Notes under the pieces: model-generated | What the model was told of the DNA's origin: nothing | Databases searched by the model: none | Seen by the model: only the letters and a program-made list of their open reading frames with translations | Shown here: piece by piece, positions 1-7,838 of the stretch | Position numbering within the stretch: the stretch's first letter is position 1 | How the letters are laid out: every line of letters starts with the position of its first letter | Assembly: GCA_046045965.1 (NCBI GenBank) | Contig: JBJOKS010000029.1 | Location: forward strand, 1-57,377 | Source: Cyanobacteriota bacterium | Lineage (GTDB): Bacteria; Cyanobacteriota; Cyanobacteriia; Cyanobacteriales; Nostocaceae | Reading direction: 5' to 3' | Length of the DNA: 57,377 nt | Translations under genes and position numbers: made by a program

Positions 1-247
1 GATCAAATAATGTACTAAAAGCAATATATTCAAGTCCTCCCACATGATCAGAATGGAGATGACTAATATAAATATCGGTGATATCCAGATATGACAAACC
101 AGCCGCATGGAGAGAAAATCTAATATCGGTCCCACAATCAATTAATAGTTTATGGTTTTGTTCAGTCACTAAGAGTATATTAGACTGAAAGTTATTAGCA
201 CCAACTGTAAAAGCTGAACCCGATCCTAAAAAAATCAACCTTGTCAT
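1..247 (-). CDS. MBL-fold metallo-hydrolase (RNase Z / cyclic-nucleotide phosphodiesterase-like), partial, runs off window start
   Basis: Manual translation from ATG at 247: MTRLIFLGSGSAFTVGANNFQSNILL...LLIDCGTD...IYISHLHSDHVGGLE. Contains the HxHxDH motif. Not in the ORF track. Confidence 0.85.
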   Translation of the reverse strand, partial: MTRLIFLGSGSAFTVGANNFQSNILLVTEQNHKLLIDCGTDIRFSLHAAGLSYLDITDIYISHLHSDHVGGLEYIAFSTLFD

Positions 248-301
248 TTTGCTAGTAGTCAGTATTTAGATGTTGTATAGTTGGATATTTGACATGAAAA
301 A

Positions 302-2548
302 TTATTGGGAATTCTGAGATTTAACTTGTTCAATTAAAGCGTTGAATTTGTTAATAATTTTTGGATGTCTGCTAGTAAAACGAATACAAAAATGTCCAAT
401 TTCGGGGGTTTTTTCTAAGACTTTAGCATACATATCTTCCTTTTGTTCTGGTTGAGTTGGGTTGGATAGATTAAGTTTGATGTTACTAAGATAAGGGGGT
501 GGTTCTTGAAGTTCTTCAGTCAAAAAAATCTCGGCTTCATTGGTTGAAAGTCTCACCAAAGTTCCCTTGCAAGATGAACAACCAATAACTTTACCATCTA
601 TAAGCGCATATTCAATGAGAATAGGTTCAGGAAGGATGCATAATTCTTCTTGATGTTGGGGAAGAAAGAGATTATATTGGCCATCCATACCAGTTACTTT
701 ATAGATGTTAATTGGTTCTTTCACTCCTTTTGCTGTGACTGGTCTTGGACTGTCGGTTTTTACTATTGACCCTACTTCTTTCAAAGTGGATTCAGAAATC
801 AGAATTTCGCCCCCTGTTGTGCAGCTTTCGATGCGGTAAGTTAAATTTACTTGGCGGCCAACTATACCATATTTGGTGCGTTTTTCCGAGCCAATATTTC
901 CCACTACCACTTCACCTGTATTGATACCAATGCCCATTTCTAGGGGTGGTAAACCCCATTCTTGCATTTGGGCGTTGACTTTGACCATAGCTAACTGCAT
1001 AGCCAGACCACAAGCGACGGCTCTAGTAGCATCATCTTTTCTAGCGGTAGGAGCGCCAAAGAGAACCAAAATACCATCCCCCATGAATTCATCAATGGTT
1101 CCCTGATATTTAGTAATCTCATCTGCCATACATTCTAGGTAAAAATTGAGGATTTTCACAACTTCTTCTGGTGATGATCTTTCAGATATAGCTGTGAATC
1201 CTCTTAAATCGGAAGTGAAGATGGTAATTTGCCGACGTTCACCACCGAGTTTCAATCCTTCTGGACTTTCTAGTAAAGTGGTGACAACTTCATCTGTTAA
1301 GTAACGCCCAAATACTTTGCGGATATCCCCAGCAGTACGAGCAACACAAGCTGTGATGGCAACTACAGACCCTGTTAATGATAAAAATGCTGGAACGACA
1401 GGCAGCCACCAACCCCAAAGAAAGGCCGTGTAAGTGCTACCTAGTAAAGTACCTCCTCCCAGGATGACGGCAATTATCCTCGGAAATGCCAGGAGGTTTT
1501 GAAATCGCAGGTTCCAGGTCAGGGTAGCGCCGACTCCACTCCAGAATAGTATCCATAGCCATTCCTGGGGTTCTGTCCAGGTTTTTAACAGCGGTCGATT
1601 TTCTAAGGACGCACTGATAATTTGGCTGGTGAGATGGCCATGAATTTCTACCCCGCTCATGGGTTGTGCGAGGCTGAGAAGTTCGCTGCTGTAGGATGTA
1701 AAAAATGAGTCTTTAAAACTTTCTCCTATATACCCAATCAAGATGATACGATCGCGTCCCCAATCTGCTGTTACTTTGTCTTCTAGGATATCGGTCATGG
1801 AAACAGTGTCAAAGTAACCAGTTCCCCCTCGGTAGTTGATTAATATCTGGAAGCCTCTGGAATCAGCACGCACATAGCCACCATCATTGCTTTCAAAAGG
1901 CATAAATTTTGCCTTCCCTATCCGGAAATCCTGGCTGGCGATCATTCCTTCTTTTTCCAGATAATGTAAAGCTAAATGTAAGCTAAAGCTGTAGACTGTA
2001 TCCCTGTTTTCAGGATTTAAGTACATGAAGCCCCGTCGTACTCTGTTATCAGCATCAACCAATAGGTCATTTGCTCCCACCTGACCCAAATCTTTGAGTA
2101 CAGGGGGTGGGGCTACCATTTCGTGTTTTTTTTCTCCTACCACTTTCTCGATCCCAACTAGAATAGGGGTAGATTTAAATACCTGTTCTAATTCTGAAGT
2201 ACCAGGTGGTGAAGGTAAATTTCTATATAGATCCAGACCAATGGCTCTGGGTTGTTTGGCTTTAAGTTTGTTGAGTAACTTGGCTAAAACCTGATCTGTA
2301 ATGTTTGCCTGTTGCAACTTTTCCAGGTCTTCTTCATCTATACCGACGATGACAATGCGGTTATCACGGGGTTCTTGGGGTCGCCAACGCATATATTGAT
2401 CGAAAACCCCCCATTCCCAAGGCTGCAACAATCCTGCAAAACGTATCAGAATGACTGCTAGGGCGATTACTGGTGTGGTAATACACAAACCGCGCCCTTG
2501 CCAAAGCAGTTTTTTGAGGTTGTTTGTATTCATTTTACTAAGGCTCAA
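302..2548 (-). CDS. CHASE2-domain class III nucleotide cyclase, probably guanylate cyclase (Cya2-like)
   Basis: CHASE2 motifs (IVIVGIDEED, AIGLDLYR, GVEIHG), 3 TM helices, cyclase core (TSDLRGFT, IDEFMGDGIL, GIGINTGEVVVGNIGS, KYGIVG..VNLTYRIE). Confidence 0.9.
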   Translation of the reverse strand: MSLSKMNTNNLKKLLWQGRGLCITTPVIALAVILIRFAGLLQPWEWGVFDQYMRWRPQEPRDNRIVIVGIDEEDLEKLQQANITDQVLAKLLNKLKAKQPRAIGLDLYRNLPSPPGTSELEQVFKSTPILVGIEKVVGEKKHEMVAPPPVLKDLGQVGANDLLVDADNRVRRGFMYLNPENRDTVYSFSLHLALHYLEKEGMIASQDFRIGKAKFMPFESNDGGYVRADSRGFQILINYRGGTGYFDTVSMTDILEDKVTADWGRDRIILIGYIGESFKDSFFTSYSSELLSLAQPMSGVEIHGHLTSQIISASLENRPLLKTWTEPQEWLWILFWSGVGATLTWNLRFQNLLAFPRIIAVILGGGTLLGSTYTAFLWGWWLPVVPAFLSLTGSVVAITACVARTAGDIRKVFGRYLTDEVVTTLLESPEGLKLGGERRQITIFTSDLRGFTAISERSSPEEVVKILNFYLECMADEITKYQGTIDEFMGDGILVLFGAPTARKDDATRAVACGLAMQLAMVKVNAQMQEWGLPPLEMGIGINTGEVVVGNIGSEKRTKYGIVGRQVNLTYRIESCTTGGEILISESTLKEVGSIVKTDSPRPVTAKGVKEPINIYKVTGMDGQYNLFLPQHQEELCILPEPILIEYALIDGKVIGCSSCKGTLVRLSTNEAEIFLTEELQEPPPYLSNIKLNLSNPTQPEQKEDMYAKVLEKTPEIGHFCIRFTSRHPKIINKFNALIEQVKSQNSQ

Positions 2549-3284
2549 GGTTTGGTTGACAACAATCCAGTAGCTGTTCTGTGGCTATTGCCTCTAGACC
2601 AACTGATTCTAAGAGTTCTTTCCATTCATTTGGCTTTTCGGTGCGTATCTGAGCAATATTTGTGATGGTTTCTGGCCACAGTGCATAGTGAGCATAAATT
2701 TCCGCCTGTTTTAGAGGTGTTGCTTGCTGAAGAGCTTTTTCTAAAGATGGACTGATGGCTGTTATTTCGATGATCCCCTGTGTACCTTCATCGCCACTTC
2801 TGTCGTCAGAATCACATAAGATTGTGAAGGACCATTGATATGTTGAGCCTGTTTTGAGGGCTGCTGTGGGGGGAATTTGCAGTTTGACTATTCCTGATTT
2901 TTCAGGGAGTTTAAAGGTTGTTTGGTAAATATCTTTCTCTCCCTCCTTGAGTATAAATTCTCCAGTAGTTGCTCTTGTCTTGGGAAGATAAAAATAAAAT
3001 TCTGGAGTCTGGGACGCGGTGTAACTTTTGTTATCCCGTTTAGGCATTAAAGCTGTCAGTGAGGGTTTTCCTTCGTCAACTTTAAGACATGAATCTCCTC
3101 GTCTTCCTCCCCCAACTGTGCTTGCAGGTGTGCCTCTAGAATCTCCTGAGGGGAACTTCAGACTTATTTTCATTGGTGATGGCTGTGCCAGCAACTGTGC
3201 AGGTAAAAGTAATGTCAGTAATATTGCTGGTGAAATGACGCTGCTCAGTTCTCTTAGACACAGAAAAGATTTTTGCAAATACAT
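2538..3284 (-). CDS. DUF928 domain exported protein
   Basis: Signal peptide, P.STVGGGRRG..C, LTALMP, P.FYFYLP, YQWSFTILC. Overlaps the cyclase start, as is usual for DUF928-CHASE2 pairs. Confidence 0.85.
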   Translation of the reverse strand: MYLQKSFLCLRELSSVISPAILLTLLLPAQLLAQPSPMKISLKFPSGDSRGTPASTVGGGRRGDSCLKVDEGKPSLTALMPKRDNKSYTASQTPEFYFYLPKTRATTGEFILKEGEKDIYQTTFKLPEKSGIVKLQIPPTAALKTGSTYQWSFTILCDSDDRSGDEGTQGIIEITAISPSLEKALQQATPLKQAEIYAHYALWPETITNIAQIRTEKPNEWKELLESVGLEAIATEQLLDCCQPNLEP

Positions 3285-3387
3285 GATAGTTAAGATTAAG
3301 TTTATTACTATACTAAAATAATTTACTGTATTGTATTAATACAGTGGAGGTGAGGAGAATAATTTATTCCCTATTCCCTATTACAAA

Positions 3388-3422
3388 TTACGAATTACGA
3401 ATTACGAATTACGAATTACGAA
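3388..3422. repeat. STRR heptamer array (TTACGAA)n overlapping the TPR gene stop
   Basis: Five tandem ttacgaa units read directly. Confidence 0.85.
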
Positions 3423-4317
3423 GTTCTTCTGCTAGATTGGGATTGAGTTGTAGTAATATGTTGCTGTCTGCAATTGCACCTTGATAGTCTCCTAAGTGGT
3501 AACGTGCATTAGCCCGCAAGCCATAAACTATAGAGAAGATAGGGTTAATTGTTAATGCTTGATTATAATCTGTAATTGCGTTTTCATAGTCTTCCAAACT
3601 GCTGTGAACTAAACCTCGTTGATAATAAGCTTGATCATCATCAGGATGGAGTAGTATTGCTTGATTGAAATCAGCGATCGCTCTTTGATAATCTTGAAGA
3701 TAAGACATTACCAAACCCCGATTATAATAAGCTTCGGCAAATTGGGGATTAATTTCTAATGCCTGATTATAATCTGTAATTGCGCCGTGATAGTCTTGGA
3801 GAGAGTAACGACTATTACCCCGGTTATGATAAGCTGCTGCCAGGTGAGGATTTAACTGTATTGCTTGGTTGTAATCAGAAATGGCTTCTTGATAGTTGCC
3901 GAGAATGTGCTGAATATTACCAAGATTACTATAGGCGGCGACAAAATCAGGATAGCATTGTAAAGCCTGGGTGATATCTGCAATGGCAGCTTGATAATCT
4001 CCGCGTTGAAAACAAGCTAACCCACGGTTATGGAATGCTTTAGCGAGATCAAAATTGATATTTTCAGGTAAATGGATAGAATTTTCCTGGATTTTGATTA
4101 TTTTTATTACTTTTTGATAATCTGCGATCGCTTGATCAAATTCCTCCAATTCTAAATAGGCATGACCCCGATTATGGTAAGCTTCAGCTAAGTTGGGATT
4201 TAGCTGTATTGCTTGGTTGAAAAATGCGATACCTTCGGTCAGCGCAGCTATCGCACCTTCATAATCACCATGTAAATTTTTATCTATTCCCTGTTTGATC
4301 AATTCTTCTGTATTCAT
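3409..4317 (-). CDS. Tetratricopeptide repeat protein
   Basis: Repeated 34-aa AY.NRG....L..Y..AI.DYNQA..LNP units. Confidence 0.92.
   Translation of the reverse strand: MNTEELIKQGIDKNLHGDYEGAIAALTEGIAFFNQAIQLNPNLAEAYHNRGHAYLELEEFDQAIADYQKVIKIIKIQENSIHLPENINFDLAKAFHNRGLACFQRGDYQAAIADITQALQCYPDFVAAYSNLGNIQHILGNYQEAISDYNQAIQLNPHLAAAYHNRGNSRYSLQDYHGAITDYNQALEINPQFAEAYYNRGLVMSYLQDYQRAIADFNQAILLHPDDDQAYYQRGLVHSSLEDYENAITDYNQALTINPIFSIVYGLRANARYHLGDYQGAIADSNILLQLNPNLAEELRNS
3674..3681. repeat. HIP1 octamer GCGATCGC (representative; many copies in the window, e.g. 4124, 6954, 27803)
   Basis: Read directly. HIP1 is an established cyanobacterial over-represented palindrome. Confidence 0.9.
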
Positions 4318-4393
4318 ATAGCATTACTATTTGATATCATGTCCTGTGGAATACTTATCATATCTGTTGAGGCTGGTAATTTGTAATTGCTAA

Positions 4394-7300
4394 TCAGTTG
4401 GATGAGATCAGAGAGTGGTCATAAAATTCAGATCCAAAAACACTTTCTTTCCTGTTCCCTGTTCCCTGTTCCCTGTTACCTCCAATATGTAAATGATCCA
4501 ACCGTAACTCATCTCTTTGCTGCCAAACTGCAAATATATTTTTTCTCCCATCATTAAGAATTTGTGGATCAATTATATAAACATCATTTACTTGTTGCAA
4601 CTTCAAACCCAATAAACTTAAAAGTTTAATCAGTATCTTGATTCCTGAAACAGATACTTTCTCTTTAACAACATCAATACCCAAAGCTCGTTTAATATGT
4701 TTACTGCTTTGAACAGCGATATTTTTCAACCAAATTAAATCAGCATCATTTTCCCTAAACACTCTTCCTGTTTCCAAAAATTGCAGCATACCTAATGCTC
4801 GTAATGCTTCAACTTTGAGAGTATAAGTTTTTAAATCTGGTAAAAATACTTTTCCCTCACCCCAAGATAATTGTTGATACCACTCTTGCTGATCTCTAGT
4901 ATGGAAATATTCACTTTCATGAGTCAGATAATAGTGAATTAACAATTGTCCATAATATCCTTTATCATCCTGTAATTTTAACCAAGGAGTTACTTCAATA
5001 CCATACCTATCTCTGAGGATATATTTATTGATTTGATGACGTTCCTCATCACCAAGAGAATGTTTAGCTAATAGCTGCTCATATTCCACATAATCAATAT
5101 CTTTAGCCGTAGCTACAGCCTTTGCTGATAATATTTGATTTTGTTGTTTAATATCCTTAATTTTGCGTTTAATATCCTTAGCCTTTTGACGGCTGTGATC
5201 CCAATCTTTCTGCACTTTAAAAATTTCCATAATTAACCTTTTGCGGGTTTCTATTTCACTGGAATCAGTTGCAAAGAAAGCCAAACGCAAATCACGAATA
5301 ATGTTATTTTGGACTGCATTACTCCGCATCATAATTTTATGTCCATCAGCAATTAAACCATCTTGTAAAGATTGACGATAAAGACGAATAGAAGCATTTA
5401 CTCTAGCAGCTAACTTAGCCCAAGTTCGTAAATGAATCGGGTCATAAACTGAAGGTAAATCTACATCGATTTTATGTAAAGGACTGAGTAAAGCTAAATT
5501 TTCTTTTTGATTTTCTTGATACCAATGAGATAGTAACTGATAATTTGTACTGCCACTACCTATTAAACCAATACCACGTTTAGCACACCAAACAACACGG
5601 GGAACATCATCCCGCACCCTTGCTAATGCTTGACGTGCTTCCGAGTCAGGAATTACCCCTTGAAAGATACCATAAACACGGTCAAAATGTTGGACATCAA
5701 TACTAATTCCTGTTCCCAAACTAGGGGTAACAAATACAGTATCATAACCGGTAATTTTTTGATTAATAGCAGCAATAAAATCAGCCGCTGCATGACCAGG
5801 AGTATTAGTAGTTTGACTACTAACTACCAACGTATCAGGAAATTGCTTTCTTAATTTTTGCAAACGTTCTTTTAGATAACGTTCAATGGTTTCACAACTA
5901 TAGCGTCCGGTGCGACTATCAGTAGTTACATAACATTTACGTCCGGCAATTAAATCTAATTCTAATTGATGAATTAATGGTGTGGGGTTAGGTGAATCAT
6001 AAAAAGTTACATCCCAACCTTGCTGAGGTTTCCAATTATTGACAACCACCCAAGGCGTGATTTTAGTTCCTGCTAAACCTTGTAAATATTCTAGAGAAAC
6101 ATCTGATAAATCGGCATCTTGAGCAATTATTAAACCTCCTGTAGTAAGCACAGTAGTAATTAATTGATGGAAGATCCCCAGAATTTTAACCCGTTTATGT
6201 TTACAGGTATTACTGTTAAGTAGATGCCATAAACTTTGCTCAACTTCATCTAATATTACTATTGCTCCTTGCCAATCTTCTGGATTAAGTTTCCAAAGAG
6301 AATCAACGCATAAACCAAAAGATTTGGTAATTGGTAATTGGTAAGTTGTCTCTCTACTATAAAATTCATGGTTAATTCCCCAATTAATCCCTATTTTCTC
6401 ACAGAGAAACTTTCCTAAAAGGATGCGATGAGTAATTAATAAAACTGGTTGATTTCGACTTTTAGCTTGTTTAACAATAGCTTGCAGTCCGGTAGTTTTT
6501 CCTGTACCTTTAGCAGATTTCACTCCTACCAAACCAGAAGTAGGAAAGGGGATTTTTTCTAAATAGGGCTGGTTAACAGTGAGTGCAGGAGGAATTGTTA
6601 AATCTGTATGGGGTTTAGTTTGAGCAAGATAAACTTCTAAATCTACACTTTGACGATAAATTTTATCAAAAGTAGTTGCACCTTTAGCAAAAATAAACTC
6701 ATCAACACCTTTTTCTATTCCTGGCAGTTCCACAATTTTTACAGGACAATTTTGTTGTTGAAATAAATAACCAAGTTGGGAAATAGCATTATTAACAGCG
6801 GCTTTTGTTTTGGCTTGAGTTTCAAAATCAAAACATATATAAAAATTTCTATTTTTGGTAGTAAAAACTTCTAATTCAGGGATGAGTTGACGACGGGTAA
6901 CTTTACCAAAGTTATCTTTAATAACTCGATAACCGCTAGTAATTCCAGGAATAGCGATCGCCACATATCCTTGTGTTAATAAAGCGGCGGCTTTTTTCGC
7001 ACCTTCACAAATAATAATTGAGATATTATATTCCATCACCCATTGCCAAAAACCTACTGCTTCACCATCATCAGCAATGGTAATATTTTCAGGCATAGGA
7101 ATGTTATAACGCTGGGAAACTTGCTGCCAAATTTGCCAAGTTACCCGCAGACAAAAGACCCTTGTTGGTGTGCTGGGGGGATGTTCATATTTAATAGACT
7201 TACCATTTTTATTTTGTCGCGGTTGGGTGGGTTTAAAACATCCCCATTCCATTATTTGCCAATTATTTAGAGGATCTCTTCCAGAACACCACCAACCACC

Positions 7301-7516
7301 CGCTGTAATATGGCTATATCGTTGCAACCACGCACTTTTTATCATGCCAGTATTGGTGCGCGGAAGCTGTTCAGAAATGAGTAGATACTGATATGCGTTC
7401 ACACCTTGAAGCGACCTAAAATTTAATCGCGCCAAGTGTAAATCTATACAACTACCCTTGACAAGTTCTTCAAGGTGTTGGGGGTGTAAATAATCCACAA
7501 GCATGGGCAGAAGCAC
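4394..7516 (-). CDS. CyRepA1-family replication protein (DUF3854/Toprim-like domain + SF2 helicase-like origin-binding domain)
   Basis: KYEHP, IIICEGAKKAAALL, ICFD, KGVDEF (Toprim-like). SAKGTGKT Walker A, VILDEVEQ Walker B, TPSLGTGISID, QALARVR. Confidence 0.8.
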   Translation of the reverse strand: MLLPMLVDYLHPQHLEELVKGSCIDLHLARLNFRSLQGVNAYQYLLISEQLPRTNTGMIKSAWLQRYSHITAGGWWCSGRDPLNNWQIMEWGCFKPTQPRQNKNGKSIKYEHPPSTPTRVFCLRVTWQIWQQVSQRYNIPMPENITIADDGEAVGFWQWVMEYNISIIICEGAKKAAALLTQGYVAIAIPGITSGYRVIKDNFGKVTRRQLIPELEVFTTKNRNFYICFDFETQAKTKAAVNNAISQLGYLFQQQNCPVKIVELPGIEKGVDEFIFAKGATTFDKIYRQSVDLEVYLAQTKPHTDLTIPPALTVNQPYLEKIPFPTSGLVGVKSAKGTGKTTGLQAIVKQAKSRNQPVLLITHRILLGKFLCEKIGINWGINHEFYSRETTYQLPITKSFGLCVDSLWKLNPEDWQGAIVILDEVEQSLWHLLNSNTCKHKRVKILGIFHQLITTVLTTGGLIIAQDADLSDVSLEYLQGLAGTKITPWVVVNNWKPQQGWDVTFYDSPNPTPLIHQLELDLIAGRKCYVTTDSRTGRYSCETIERYLKERLQKLRKQFPDTLVVSSQTTNTPGHAAADFIAAINQKITGYDTVFVTPSLGTGISIDVQHFDRVYGIFQGVIPDSEARQALARVRDDVPRVVWCAKRGIGLIGSGSTNYQLLSHWYQENQKENLALLSPLHKIDVDLPSVYDPIHLRTWAKLAARVNASIRLYRQSLQDGLIADGHKIMMRSNAVQNNIIRDLRLAFFATDSSEIETRKRLIMEIFKVQKDWDHSRQKAKDIKRKIKDIKQQNQILSAKAVATAKDIDYVEYEQLLAKHSLGDEERHQINKYILRDRYGIEVTPWLKLQDDKGYYGQLLIHYYLTHESEYFHTRDQQEWYQQLSWGEGKVFLPDLKTYTLKVEALRALGMLQFLETGRVFRENDADLIWLKNIAVQSSKHIKRALGIDVVKEKVSVSGIKILIKLLSLLGLKLQQVNDVYIIDPQILNDGRKNIFAVWQQRDELRLDHLHIGGNREQGTGNRKESVFGSEFYDHSLISSN

Positions 7517-7725
7517 TCAAAAAGAGATGTGGGAAGACAACGGAAATAAAACCTTAACACGCATCTGCTGATTTTTTATAAAAAAATTTGTGCCATTTTG
7601 GCGAAACTTTTAATACATTGTTTTTACAAATACTTCGGTTAATACAGGAATAGCCGATTTTTCCTGTGGAATGGTGAAAATAATAATTTTGTATTGTGAT
7701 TTTTAAGCATTAATAATTTTTCTTT

Positions 7726-7765
7726 ATCAGTACATTTTTCGGGAAAATAGTCAAAATGTACTGAT
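7726..7765. promoter_or_regulatory. Perfect 13-bp inverted repeat (operator or terminator)
   Basis: ATCAGTACATTTT-N14-AAAATGTACTGAT between the A2M stop and the Rep start. Confidence 0.45.
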
Positions 7766-7782
7766 CTAATCAAAAAGAATTA

Positions 7783-7821
7783 AACGCAGATGAACGCAGA
7801 TGAACGCAGACAAATGCAGAT
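7783..7821. repeat. Tandem 10-mer repeat (AACGCAGATG)n
   Basis: aacgcagatg aacgcagatg aacgcagaca aatgcagat. Confidence 0.75.
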
Positions 7822-7838
7822 AATGAGGGATAAAGTAA

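Noticed and set aside
7726..7765. LexA box from AGTAC/GTACT half-sites
   Set aside because: Half-sites are much further apart than the 4-nt spacing of the cyanobacterial LexA box.
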